Shown: in pieces, positions 36,101-49,579 of the stretch
Position numbering within the stretch: position 1 is the first letter of the stretch
How the letters are laid out: each line of letters starts with the position of its first letter
DNA from: Iphione sp. A-MEVVRFRX5
Lineage: Eukaryota
Reading direction: 5' to 3'
DNA length: 64,000 nt
NCBI GenBank assembly: GCA_976226885.1
Contig: OZ320323.1
Coordinates: 39,990,001 to 40,054,000, forward strand
Translations under genes and position numbers: made by a program
Notes under the pieces: generated by a model
Told to the model about the DNA's origin: nothing
The model's database searches: none
Seen by the model: only the letters and a program-made list of their open reading frames with translations

Positions 36101-39100
36101 ACTTAAGGATTATTTGAAGAACTGGTAGAACGGCAACAGGTGTGGACTGGTGTCTCTAGCGTTAGATGGACGTGTACTATTAACTCACCTAAGTTTGGAA
36201 CGATGGCATCTGTAGATTCTGGAACGATTGTAGCGGGCGATGATGAGGTCGTAAAACAAGAGGGTTATCCCTTGCATCCTCACTGATGGTCATGGTCACG
36301 TGAAAAGTTAGCTCAAGGAAACCCCTCAAGCACGAAGGTGAAAACAGTCCAGGTTGGTAATATATAGCAGTGCAGTTTCAGAGAAAAACTCTCATCTCAA
36401 CCATGATCAAGTACTGTCAGATTAAAATAGGAACAAGATTATTTTATAGCCCATGGTCTCTTCATTCTTTAAACTTAAAACGAGGTTGATGTTTGAATTT
36501 CACGAGCCAAACTGAAAAAAACACAAGTGCATTTAGTTAAGTGTTGTTCTAATACTGAATTACAGATGTCCCTTGTTTTCTGACAGTGAGTTATTGCAAA
36601 CTATTTGGACTTGTTAGATGGAAATTGTTGGTTAGTGAACTTTTTTCTACCAAAACTGCAAGGTGTTTAAGGGAATCGTGTCGTATATGTAGGCTGTTTC
36701 AGGGATCGGATCGGTTTTCAGTCCTCGGTTACCAAAGGGATGAATGTATATATAAATAATATCTATAAATAGCTTTACTTAATATTTTTCTAGGATATGT
36801 GACAGGTCTTTTGGCCGCTTGGTAGTGCTCTCCACCCGTCCTCATTGGCCCATCAAACTCAGGTCCGTTACGGGTCCTCAAATTCAACCACACTGCCCTT
36901 TACTTTAATGCAGACTGTCACCGCATCGGTGTTAGGACTGTTGCATCGGAGTTAATGCTCATTTTGTCTTTCACCCCAGGATTTTCCGTTCTTTTTCGAG
37001 TGGTCACCATGGCGGCCCGATCGAACCTCGAATATCCATAAAATAATATCAGTTGAACAAGTCATATGTAAGATGATCTGTAATTTGTGACTGTGACATT
37101 ATCAGTCTCCAGTAGTGATAAGGTCATGAGTAACACAAGATGTCGCCGCATGCATCGATGAGTGCAAGCTCTTTAACCTAGCCATGGATTAAGCAGACTT
37201 GTTGGGTGTAGTTTCTTAATATTTATTACCTTTTCCTCAGTAATCCTAGGTCCGGAGTGGGAAGTCCTCCCTTTCACGATGTTAAGAAAGTGCAATGAAA
37301 AACCGATTTGAAGTGAAAGTTTCGAATCAGGTTTCAAATTTACTTCTATGTAGAATATTTCAGGCAGATATAGTAATCTCAATATCCTATTCAAACATCA
37401 ATTACAAACAAAAAGGAGACGTTATGTATCATTATTCATCCTTTTCATAGTTATAACTGGTTTGAAATACAGACTGCGTTGTAGAAAAGCAGTGGTATAT
37501 ACGGATAAGCCTTTGATCTAACACACACACCTCGAATGTTATTCACATGTATACGTACAAGGCTGCCATGTTTACCTGCAACTTGCAGGTGAGGCCCGCA
37601 TTCGGACGTTTCATATTAGTGTATTTTAAAATTTGTTTGAGTCTTGTATCATCTGTCATTGACATCTACAGTCACAGGCTGATCCCCATCTATCCCCACC
37701 CACCCACCATCCTCTTACCACGTAGGAAGGCCTTTTCCACGCCACACCTCTTCTTCTACCCCTGAGAGGAGCAGGCACTACTAGTTAAGACTCCACTTGA
37801 TCTTTAAGCATTCCGTATTAAAAGAGGGGAGGGGGAGTTGTGGGGTGGGTGGGTGGGTGGGTGGGAGGTGACCGTAAGTAGGCTCAGAGTTGGCAGAAGA
37901 TAGCCCCAGCACCCCGCGACAGCTTGACCGAATTAATCCCCCGTGGTAGAAATCCCTTCGTTATTCACCCACCTCGATGAGCAGGTGGCCCGCTAGACGA
38001 CTGCCACCATTTTTTCACCTTCCTACGAAGAGTCTGGACCAATTGGCTGCAGGTGGCGCCTAAATGGGGGAAAGACATTTTGGATGGGGATAATGAAGAG
38101 ACTCGCCTCGTCATGAATAACCTATACAATGCAGTGCATGTGTTTTATTGGTCAGGGGGCTATCGAGTGAAGAGGACTGCGAACTACTGTAACTCTGTTC
38201 ATCTCTGGAATAGAAAGTACAGAAATACTCCTGGAAAGTTTTCAATTTCGATGTTCTCCTTTACAGTCCCGTTCACTGTGGCTGATTTCAATGGGAGCTC
38301 TTTTTTTTTAATAATCAGGGCCGGTAGTGTTAGGACGAATCTTCACCGTGGAAATTTTATGTGTGAATAGTTCATTGATTAATAGTGTTGTGATGTTGAT
38401 GGCAGTTTCATGAGTGACGTCAATGGATCCCAACTTATCTCTCCCCTGAAGTGAAGTGTACAAGCAAACTATGGAAACTGTTCATTATTATCTTCCATTC
38501 AGAGAAGTTCTATCGGTTCTAAATTCGGAATTTATACATTTATTCCATTCGATTCATTAACTGAAAATTTTATGTTCTATTTGCATTCAGCTCTGACAGT
38601 TGGAGCAGCCGAATAATTTCGTGTGTGTTTAGGATCATACATTAATTTTTGATTGCACGCCGAATGGCACTTTAATTGGTTTATATGCGTATAGATCCTG
38701 GTAATGGTATATGAGTTGAGGTGATTCTCCTCTAAACCTCATTATAGAAAACTAATTGAAATTCATGCTTCTATGGTAAGGCATTGTTAATAAATGATTT
38801 AAATGAGCTTATAGTGGAAGAAGAAACGCCCACAATTTCAACGTCTTACATAGGAAACCTATGATACCCTCTAGAAAAAGAACACAATTGTTGACAATTC
38901 GGTAATCGTAATCATGTTTGTGTTGCAATATTTGTTTCAGATGTGATCAAGTCTCTAGACTATCCCCATTGTCCATTTAAAATTGATAATACCTTTGTAA
39001 ATATCAGCTGCCACTAAGAGTTAAAACATCCACAGAAAGTTGACTATTCCTTTTTTGGTCAATTTGATGCTATTTCCACAGGTGTAACCGACTGCATCAG

Positions 39101-40375
39101 AACTCTCCCCATATTTAACCTCCACATTTTGAAAGGAAGTGTTCATTTTTAACCTAGGCCTCTAACACGTTTTAAACACTTTAATTGTGTTTGATGATGA
39201 CACTGATCATAGTATTTATCAGGAGGGACTGTTGGCTGTGATCAGTAGATCTATACGTTATTTCTTAAAGATTTTGATATCTAATAGTAAGTTACATCGG
39301 TATTATCATTAACACAGTACACACATTGGGGAGACAGGACAATTAAGATAAGAAAATATACGGCATCGATGTTTGTGACGGAAGCTTTTTAGGTAGGCGA
39401 ACGAACCAGGCCATTTCTGGGAATTCTGGGCCGAGGTCACAGGCACACATAGAATCTCTCCTACACAGATTGTTAAATGCTTGACAGATTTGGAAATGTA
39501 CTTTTGGTCAACCATCAAGATTATGCAATTCTCTCCCGGGATAGACTGCTAAGAATACCCTGAGTGCAGATCTGGTTTGAACCACATCAGTCTTCCAGGA
39601 TTACTCCTCCTGTGTCAGGAACGTTTATGCAAAAGTTTCAACCAGGATAAGCGTGCTGCAAACAGTTTGTTTCTTTGTGCTGCGCATTATGCAAGTTTTC
39701 ACTAGGGTGGATTTTCTTGAAATGTTTTGTTTCATAAGCATTTCTTTGTCCCCTACCTATATGTAAGGAGAAGGGTTCTTGGAATAAAACCAGTCTTGAA
39801 ACTGTGTGCATGCCTTCATGTGGGGCTCCTGATTCACAAGAAATCCGTATCTCTGACACCTGGGAAATGAGTGCCCTGTACTAGAGCACTCTCTGAAGTT
39901 CACAAGAGGATACATACGGTTTAACTTGAATACTGCTGTCTGTGACTTTTCTAACTATTTTGTTATGACCTATCTAGAAGAAAAAATTGAAGTACCAGTA
40001 TTTTGCGCCCGACCAGTGTTAAAAAATAAGTTTCTAAATGCAAAACAAAACAGCCATTTCGCATGGATCATGCTGAAACAGGATTCGTCAGTAAAAACGC
40101 ATATGTTTAAGATAACTGTTTAATGTTACCGGCAAACTGCCTTACAGACCATTTCGAGTGGAAGGCCAGTCTCACCAATGCTTGCCATTAAATGATGCCA
40201 TGAACTATCATAAAAACCTTTTACATGCCTTGACTAGAGAGAAGAAATAGATGCAGGACTGAAGCAATGGTGTGGTTTCTATCCCTCATTCTGTTGCATG
40301 ACAGCAACCCCCGGGACATTTTGTAGAAATACTTAGTGTAGGAAAGGGGCAGTTTAAAATAACTGTTGCATATAA

Positions 40376-40383
40376 TATAAATA
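40376..40383 (+). promoter_or_regulatory. TATA-like box
   Basis: TATAAATA about 58 bp upstream of the ATG at 40441. Confidence 0.4.
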
Positions 40384-40440
40384 TATAGCGGAAGCGGTCC
40401 TCTGGATGGAGGCGGATCGAGGGGTGGGGATGGGGGGAAT

Positions 40441-40523
40441 ATGGCTTCTTTACCTGTTAGAAAGCGTCGTGGTTCCTATACGACGCAACGTATCTGGGTA
40501 ATAAAGCGCACGATATCCCGAGG
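40441..40523 (+). CDS. TP53I11: Candidate alternative first exon (MASLPVRKRRGSYTTQRIWVIKRTISR-G)
   Basis: aatATGG Kozak; 83 bp, phase 2; AGG|gtgagt donor; TATAAATA at 40376-40383. Confidence 0.55.
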
Positions 40524-43500
40524 GTGAGTCTGAAATTCACACCGCCTTAGGTTGCCGTGGACAGGTACATGTAGACATGTTTATGAGTGAAACCTGACCC
40601 GAGAAGTTAGGAGACTGACCTTAAACAATAGTACACTTCGCCAGTGACAAAATACCAAATAGACCTGTGGCACGCTCAGCCAATCGAACATATATAGACC
40701 TACAATAACCAGACACGAACACAAACACGCACGTACATTCACAGCTTATATCATAGGGTGGAAAGGTGGCACTCGAGCCGGTATTTTTTTTAAAGGGTGA
40801 TGCTGCGAGATCGTGTTTGTTCAGACATGCAGGTGCGACGGATCCCTTTGTCAGAGACATGCTTCCTCAATGAATACATACACGTGCTTTGAAAAGGCAC
40901 CACATCTACCTTCATATGGCTTCCCTTTGTTTCCTACATTGCCTATTCTCTAAGATAACAGAAAAGCACCAATATTTTATTACTTCGGGAGGAATTCGTC
41001 TCTTGTGGGTCTTCATGTGCTTTGAATAAGATTTCAACGAACCAAAGTACTTTTATGTGCCACATGCCGATTTATTCAAACTGTACTGAATACAATACTG
41101 TGCCTTACATTATTGAACTGAATACGTGTATGTAATTAGGCGCTAACCATGAATTTGCGCCATTGGGTATACAGCAGAAATACTTAAAGGACAATCTACA
41201 ATAAAGAGGTTATAATCAAGGTATGGCTGTATCTGCCACATTGCAGCCATTCAGTCTGTGGTGCACAGTTAACATTGGTTATGGTTAATTGTAGTTCAAC
41301 AAAACTTTAAGAGAGAATGCCTCAGCTATTCTATGTGAGTAACAATATTAGTGTTTGGGGTGAAAATATGGTTCAATAATGTTGAACCGAAATTCCTTAG
41401 CAAAGAAAAAAGTACCTGGACAGTCATATGCTCTTTCTTTTCAGATATTATCCTGCGCAATTCGGGCATTGTCCAGTGTTTGTCTTGGTGAGGTTATGCC
41501 ATTTGGGAATGCTTTGCATGATTCGGGAATTCCGAAAAACAAAAACACAGCATGACTCGGCTATCTCGCAGATTCGACTGCATTCTCTTAATCTGAACCA
41601 AGTATGCAGCTAAAATACAAAAAAGATAATGTCTATCAGACGCATATGAATATATATCCATTGTGAACATATACAATCTAACTGTGTTCATGCGCACATC
41701 CCTGGCTTTGCAAAACGTCACCACCACTCCCCCTTACTTTATGGAAGGGGCTTTGTGAACCACACAAAGCAGACTAACAGACTCATCAGGAGATTAATCA
41801 GTGAGGACAATGCCTAAATCTACCTAACCGTGCAGCCATTATTTGGTGAAGTCCTTCCGTGACTCGCTGCGCGCAATTAGTATTCTGTACAGGATTCCGT
41901 AATGCAGAGGTAGAGGAGAAACTCACACCTGCCACCTAGCGGGGGCTTTTTACACGACAAGACTTGGCAGTTCGAGCCGGTACACATCGTCACGTGGAAA
42001 TATTTATGATGGTCATTCGACCGCTGCGCTTCGTGCGGCCAAACAACTTGAAAATGCTCGCCTGACACCAGACAATCTACTCCACAGGCGTAGAAGGTCC
42101 TCACGAATAGCTTCATCATAGCATCGTAAAGACAGGCTTTCCCTTTTTTTTTTAAAGTCACTCCTCTCCCATTATGGTCTAAGCAGGAATCCCCCCCCCC
42201 CACCTTTACAATGAGCATGCGACCTGGTGGGGAGTGGCACCATGTAAGAGGATCGTATTTCATGTTTATTTCTTGCCCTCCTCGTGAGTCGCTTGCGCTT
42301 GTAGCAGTGAAAAACGATGTCGTGAAAAAAATGAACACACCTTTTACCTTGACCACATGCAGAGTGGACCTCGTAGAAATCCTTGAAATGAGTATGACCT
42401 GGAGTGATCAACCCATTAATCATCACCTGTTGACCAAATAATATAAGCTGGTGAATTATTAGGAGTACAACAATCAGCATCCAGAAATCATTAGCTGATA
42501 AAGCGACAGATCCGTGTGGAATCGCGCAAACACCTCCCAACACGTACCACACTGGCGCCCTCTGCCGTCAAACCTCAGAGGACTTTGTAAACTGCACATA
42601 TCACTTTTTGTATTGCTCGTCCTGGTTAAGGTACCATATTTGTGTACTTTAACATTGGTCTCTCTCAAATAGTATTGATGCATTTATTTAGGTACTATAC
42701 ACTTGCTTTCATTTAATTTGACAGAAACGTAAAGCATTTCAATTATGTGTAGACAGACAAGTGTGTATCTCTTATCACTCATTGAGATTTTATATTGTTC
42801 TTCTTGTTGTTTTTTTTCTCAAAAACCCATAAATATGGTACAACAACGGACAAGATTGTATTCAACGTTTTGAATAAATTTAGGCAAGTGCCTTTTATTT
42901 TAAAAAAAGGACGACTATCCTCCGTGTCCTACAGAGCATACAAGACATCCCTCAAAATGTAACAATATTTCTAGTCTTTTTACTAGAGGGAGACGTTTCA
43001 TCATTTACTGCAATGCAAAGCTCTGCGTCCGTGCCTGGATGTTTCCGTATCCATTACGAATAATCTCAGGATTATTTTGACTAATAACTGTGCAGACAGT
43101 GCCTTCATGAATATTTTCATCCATGCTAATAGACTGGGATTCTTTGATTCCTTCCCTGTGAAGTGTTGATACCTGAAAGAAATGACCAGAGGAGAACGTA
43201 ACAAGGGTGATTCTCCTGATCAGGACGTTGAAATTCGTGTATAATCAACAAACGTTGCGTTTCATCTCGTAAGCACTGCTCTATGCAGCGCAAGGCTCTA
43301 TGGTCCATATAACAACTTGCCAAACACACATGACGCCCGCTGAAATCAACAACACATCGCCTATATATTCCTACCAAGAACCAAGTTCTAACAACCGTAG
43401 AAGTTATCGATAGTCCCACAAACATCTACAGGGTTCAAAAGTTGTCCTTGAATCATGGAATTTATCGCAAGGGTTGGGGAATCTAATTCTTTCTGATATC

Positions 43501-44208
43501 ATACGGTATTTACTGTATGTTTACTGTACATGTATTTACTAACGTGCTGATACTGCACATGCGCACTGAGCGGAAGCGCATTACTATGCGAGCAGACCTT
43601 GTGCAGGACTGACTAGAATGATGTTTTTGTTCTCCCAGCTGTAATCTACTCTATATTTTCTCGTTCTGAAGACCACAGGCTGTTTATTTTTTTTTATTTT
43701 GCATGGGCCCTACACCAGCCAATAGTGAAACTCTCGTAACAGGGTCAATGATAAAGTTGGAATCAGAGGGTAACGTTCAAAGGTTGCTACTCACGGCATG
43801 GAAATAACTGACCTTTGGCCTATAAGGACATTCACCTTCAAGGAACCTACCTTATAACGTTACATGTCTTTTCCATAACAGCTTCTGGTATGCTAGGTAC
43901 TGCAGGTCTTAAAAAGTACTTCCATATTGTTAACAACAACCACAGATTATATTGGAAACTTCCGATGCCACGATTTAAGTCTCAGAAACTGTATACTGTC
44001 ATTGATATTTATAAATCGTCCCATAAACTACCTTTGTATTGTTAATATTTCCGTAGCAGACACCAGTATGTTACGTGATGCGTGCGAGAGGAATTTTCTA
44101 GTCTCAGGATCAATTGCTGATCAGTGATTACCTCGCCTAGCCTTGGCAGTACGGATTACCAATGACCTTGCGAGGGTCGAGTTAGCCCCCTGTCGGCTGC
44201 CACGAGCC

Positions 44209-44219
44209 ATGCTCTACAG
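44209..44219 (+). CDS. TP53I11: Candidate alternative first exon (MLY-R)
   Basis: gccATG CTC TAC AG|gtacgt; phase 2; GC-rich upstream leader. Confidence 0.45.
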
Positions 44220-44828
44220 GTACGTTATGGCGTCGCAAACTTACCCCATCGAACTCCCCACCCCCACCCCCCTTTCATGCGTATGATGGAGGTAAAACCA
44301 CAACGTTCTCACCAAACAGTGGATTCTGATATTATAGAAGATTAATTGAAGATAATAATGCGAAACTGTAGGTTTTTTTCTTTATATCCGGCGCTTGGTT
44401 GGGATCACTCTCATACGCGTTTGCGTTTTCTGAGTGGAATGATCCCTACAGAGAGAGGGCATGTTTTCGACGCTATAATAACACACAGGATTAATATAAC
44501 ACAATGTATCACCTATATATGTACCCATCCCTGGCTGTGACACTGTATAATTTATCCAGTCACATTGAGGGCGGCTGAGGAAGCAGCAGGGACATCAGAG
44601 AAGTTCGGAAAGCGGTTTCACTCTGGTAGTTGTTCAAACTTCTGTCCTGGATCAGGGTCTTGGATTCATCGCACAGATTCCGTTATATCCAGTGCTTTTA
44701 GCTGAGGGACAGAGAGAGGACTATGTCCTCCTAGTCTCTCTCATCCATGTGGACTGAAGCCTTTACAGCGATACTTCGTCACTGATTTTTTTTATATTCC
44801 GGGATTCATGCACACCTCCGTAGTTCCC

Positions 44829-44917
44829 ATGGAAACGAAAACGTCGAGGTCCCAGTCCATACCTGCCATTACGGTCACGTCTGCGGGCCAGTACACGGGA
44901 AGGGTCGTCCGAGTCAG
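44829..44917 (+). CDS. TP53I11: Candidate alternative first exon (METKTSRSQSIPAITVTSAGQYTGRVVRV-R)
   Basis: ATGG start; 89 bp, phase 2; CAG|gtagga donor; locally GC/CpG-rich. Confidence 0.5.
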
Positions 44918-46120
44918 GTAGGAACATAGAGCGCGAGGTTGGTTTGCCTGTCCGATATGGTTATTCCCCCCTTTTTCCCTCGTCTTGTGAACCATGATAA
45001 ATCAGTTTGCTAGCACCTGCTCTCCATATGGAATGCCTGACATATATGGTAGTGTTGCCTACTGACAACACATGCCGGGGAGACAATCAAATCACCGCAT
45101 AAAAGCGCCGAAATGACCTGCCGTTGGTAATAAAGAGAAAGAAGTATTATCAGGAGTGTCTCTGTGCTGCTCGGTTCCTGTGTAGACCCATCAACATCTC
45201 TCTTTTCAAGTGTAGGATTTTATGTTCAGGAGGCACATTTTAGTACAGGATTTCGAGGAAGACACTGTAACAAAATGTCATATGACTTGCTATTCAGTAT
45301 TAATACCTCGCACCCAAAATACAATGTCAGTCTTGTTGAATAAGTTGGCTTTTATGGAGTATGGCGTGCAACTTTCTCAACGTTTCTCTACCTATTCAGG
45401 AGATTATAATATGAGGAAATATTAAGTGAAGTCGGTCTTTTTGTGCATGATAATCACTTCTCAGGGTCAATGTTCAAGTCTCACTAGGCCATTGCCACTG
45501 GGAAAAAATCGAATGGTTTTAATACTGTTTAAATAGATTTTATATCTAAGAGTATACGTTAATGAAGTCAACATCAGCATGTTGAAAGTGTTGATAATTT
45601 AACATCAGTTTTTTGTATCAACACATTAACATGTTAAAACCAAAATGCATATACATTGCAGTAGGTGTGTGTGCTGGTGTTTTATTGACATGACAACTTC
45701 AATGCCTCATACCCCAACATGTATGTAGTAGCATCTCTATTTCCGATAACTTAATTTAATCCAATGTGTGTTAGTGAGGTATGATTTTCCTTTTAGAATG
45801 CTTTATTCTAAAGACAGCTATATCATGCTGTACCCTCCAATGAGGTCACATTGTTAGGTCAGTACCCTGTATACTTGGGTGTACAAAGCACTTAATATAC
45901 ATTATTAGTCCACAAGTTTAGTTTCCTATCAGTAAGCACGGGGCAATATCCATGCACAGCAAGGTCTTGTTATTTGGACCCTTAGATCCATGCAATGCTA
46001 AGCTCATTCGATTTTCACTCTACAGGTTGTTATATTCTTTTAATTTTATGTCTCTCTGACAAGGAATGTACATCTGTTATCCATGAGAAATCCCTTCTAC
46101 CCAAAAATTGTGGGTTATAT

Positions 46121-46198
46121 AGGAGGAGGAGGAGGAGGAGGAGGAGGAGGAGGAGGAGGAAGAGGTGGAGGAGGAGGAGAAGCAGGAGGAGGAGGAGA
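46121..46198. repeat. (GGA)n trinucleotide microsatellite
   Basis: About 25 AGG/GAG units. Confidence 0.95.
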
Positions 46199-46399
46199 AT
46201 TGTAAATGTCCTGTTTGAAATTTAGAAACGCAGTTTAGTCTTTCATTGAGTACAGATATATGAATTAACGAGTTACATTAATAGAGATACAGGGCATAAT
46301 GAGAGAACGTGCATTGTGTGTGTAGCTGTGTGTATATGTATGCTTGGATTCTCGTGCTTTGTAGTAGCTTTGCAAGGATTTGTTTTCATATTTTTTCTC

Positions 46400-46822
46400 C
46401 TTTCCTTCCCTCTCCCTCCCTGCCTGTTTCTCCCATTCTTCCCCTTCTCTCTCCATGTCTCTATATCCCTCTCCCCCTCTCACTCTGTCTGTCTGTCTGT
46501 CAGTCAGTTTCTCATCTCACTCTTTCTTTCTCTCTCCCTCTGTCTTTCTCTGTCTCTCTGTCTCTCTTTGCCTCTCTATATGTCTGTCTGTTTCTCCCAG
46601 GCCCTACTTTCCCAAATCTTTTTTACTCTCCCTACCTTCTGCTCTCCCTCCTTCACTCTTCCCTTTGCCTGTCCGTTCGTCTGTCTCTCCCCCTTTCCTC
46701 CCTCTGTCTCTCTACCTCTCTGTCTGTCTATCTCCCACCCCTCCTGTCCCTATCCTCTCTGTTTTGTCTGTTTCTTTCCTCTCTATCCGTCTGTCTGTCT
46801 GTCTCTCCCTCTTCTCTCCACC
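46400..46822. repeat. (CT)/(CTGT)-rich pyrimidine tract
   Basis: About 420 bp of low-complexity sequence. Confidence 0.9.
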
Positions 46823-48700
46823 AATGTGTGTGTTTGGCAGTCCAGTATCCTCAGGCTTTCATTATCGATGACCATTGATTACCAAGGTAACTTGATTCAG
46901 TATGCAGGTAAGTGTGGACACTCGATGGACCTAACCTTGATTTAACGCACGCATAGAGGATTCTACATTGACGAATGCTCACATTTAATCATGAGAATTG
47001 CTCTGTTTTAATACATACATGGTATTCATTGCAAACAGTAAAAACAGTCGTATTCCTTTCTTTAGGTGTATTACGCAAGCATATTACATGTTCATCTCCA
47101 ATTGCTCCAAGGGTGATTTTTCTACATGATATAGTGACATAGCTTAGTACGTTTACATGGAAAGGGTCCCTATGGTGCTGTTCAGATGTATCCGTAGAAA
47201 GAAAGTGCCTACAGGTCCAGAGCCGTGAAATACCTTCTGCAGTGTTTATTCAAGACCCTCCCATGTGTAATACCAGATGTCTTTTAACATTGCTTCCTAT
47301 GAGAAATGGATGGGTATCTGTAGAAAATCCGTCACAGACGGATTTGAAAATGGATATGGAGCCAGATGCATTTTGTAACAGAGGCATGTGAACAGATTAG
47401 TACAAGTGCTATGGTAAGATAATAAATGCCTACTGATCCGTATCTGTTTTCAGAAAAAAAATAAAAGATGCCTGTGAACACCGCCTAACCCACACCTGTT
47501 TCTGAATAATGAGGCCACAAAAGTGCCCCTTTCATGAAGCTGTCGAACATAACAGGACCCTGATAGGTTCGTCCGAATGTCCTACACCACGCATGAGTCC
47601 TGACAGAGATTTACAAAACAGAGCTTGGCGGAAGGGTGGGATAGATTGAAAACAGACAAAACCCTACACACACAGAAGATGACAGAAGCAAAACAGTACC
47701 CTACATTAGTTCCACTGACTCTGAAAATGTCCTCCTACTCTCCCTTGCCGAGAGATTTGATTCCAGGACTGAAGCACATGTTCTAGGTATACGGGGCCTC
47801 TGAGTCGTATTGTCACCCATCTCGAGTTTGATTTTATCTTTCTCCCGTATTTCACCTTTGAGATTAAGTGGTTCCGCATTGATTTGGTGTCCAGCGATAA
47901 CTGTTTGAGAAATGTGGCTACATTTTTGTCACGGAAATCGCCGATCCACTGTTACCCAACAGAAGCCAACCATCCTACAAGATGACATAAATAAACGTTA
48001 GATTTCACACGACCAGTCATCCATTAGCATTTATGATTTTTAGAAAAGAAGGTAAACACGTTTGCGAGGGGTTAACTCATTACGAGCTGTGGAAATGGCC
48101 TGAAAGAATAGCTCATCCAGCTCGAGCACCCATTGTCCTACCGCCCAGACTCCACGCAATTGTGACATACTTGGTATTATACACGTGCATATGTAATTAA
48201 GTTTCGGGTCCATTTCAAATACCGCCTAAATAGTAATTAATTAAGGGTGGTATCATGGATTCGTTGGCAGTATGAGGTTATTGCACAGTAGGCATATTCA
48301 CATGCTGCGAGTGGCAGTACCGACGGGAAATCTCCCCACGCCATGCATGGCCAGAACAGTGAGAGATTTTCTCTCTATCTCTTTGTCCCTGTTTGTGTTG
48401 TATTTATGAGTTCATAAGCAGGAGCAGAACACAAGCAACTCTCTTCTTTTTATTCAGAATGGCATAATGCATCTGTAAAAGTTCACATGGTAATACATAT
48501 AACAGTGTGTTAGTCTCCGTCTGACGCTCTGTCTGCCTTGTCCATCTGTCTGTCCCTCTCTGTCTGTATCTGTCTTTCTCTCTGCTCTTCTCGGAATCTG
48601 TCTCTCTGGGAGTATACCTTAAAATATCCATATAGGACAGAAGTTTGGGAGACGTTTGTGGAAACAAACAGTAAAAATTCAGGCATTATGACACCAGTAC

Positions 48701-48768
48701 ATGTACAAACAAGGAGGCGATAGAGCCACTGGGCTTTCTTCACACCCCACACCTATCACAGATTATAG
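48701..48768 (+). CDS. TP53I11: Candidate alternative first exon (MYKQGGDRATGLSSHPTPITDY-R)
   Basis: 68 bp, phase 2; TAG|gtaagt consensus donor; weak Kozak. Confidence 0.4.
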
Positions 48769-49140
48769 GTAAGTTGATCGATACTGTCTAGGGGTTTGCT
48801 TACTTGGCGCCTGGGACGGGGAACGGCTGAGGGTTGCGCTTGACCTTAAAAATCTTAAATGGGCTTCTGTGACACCTCAGTATACGCCCAGGCCTTAAAT
48901 GTGGCCCCCAGACTGCCTGCCTTGGATACGCCCCCCCGCATCTTCTTCGGCCCGCCCAATGCCACTTGATGCAGGTGTAAATCACTAAAAGCATTAGCTT
49001 TCGGGGAACCCAATCTACCTAGGAGAAAAATTCTACATCGCTCGCCGCGGGAGGTCGCCACGGTGTTTGTTGCCGGTGGCATCATGTACGATTCATCAAG
49101 AGCGTCTCACGTATAGATCGGGAACCGCCACGGACATACA

Positions 49141-49270
49141 AGCACACACGCACGCACACACACACACAGAAACACATTCACACACACACACACACACACT
49201 GTCGTAGGCACGGTGCAAGCACACGCGCACGTACAAACACACGCCTCCATAAAGCGGCGCACGCGCGGCG
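49141..49270. repeat. (CA)n/(CG) dinucleotide tract
   Basis: CACA and CGCG runs upstream of the exon at 49545. Confidence 0.85.
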
Positions 49271-49544
49271 TCACAGAGACAGGTGGGCACAAGTTGAGAT
49301 AGCTCCTGCTGGACGTGACCATTAGCCACTCGCATCTGTAAGGACGCAGTTCAGTCGGATCTACGAAGAGAACTTAGAGCGCCTCGGACGCTGAGCGTCG
49401 GTTCCTAATAGCCGCCAGCTGACTGTATGGCTGGCAGACTCTTTCGATATCTTCACAGCGGTTTTGATTTTCATCCTTAGTGACCTTTAGGGCGTTGACA
49501 TTCCATTGCGGACGTGCGAAACACTTTAATGCCGGTGAAGAACC

Positions 49545-49579
49545 ATGCCTGTCCGGGAGGTTTGGAGTTTTCTTCTCAG
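49545..49579 (+). CDS. TP53I11: Candidate TP53I11 first coding exon ([12 protein letters not shown])
   Basis: aaccATG context; 35 bp, phase 2; CAG|gtatgt donor; closest candidate to the constant exon. Confidence 0.6.

Noticed and set aside
38765-38775. ATG CTT CTA TG|gtaagg as another first exon
   Set aside because: It is phase 2, but TG+A makes TGA at the junction. It also shows that such patterns arise by chance.
41877-42552. 159-aa and 126-aa minus-strand ORFs
   Set aside because: No motifs and no flanking splice or promoter logic; they cross homopolymer runs.
46855-46907. Strong donors at 46886 and 46907 after a pyrimidine tract
   Set aside because: No open phase-2 frame; at most a UTR exon, with no further support.
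46309-46945. Long ORFs of 160-210 aa (also 28362-28916, 2677-2995, 60415-60759)
   Set aside because: They are translations of CT/GA microsatellite tracts (L/S/P/C-rich) with no domain signal.
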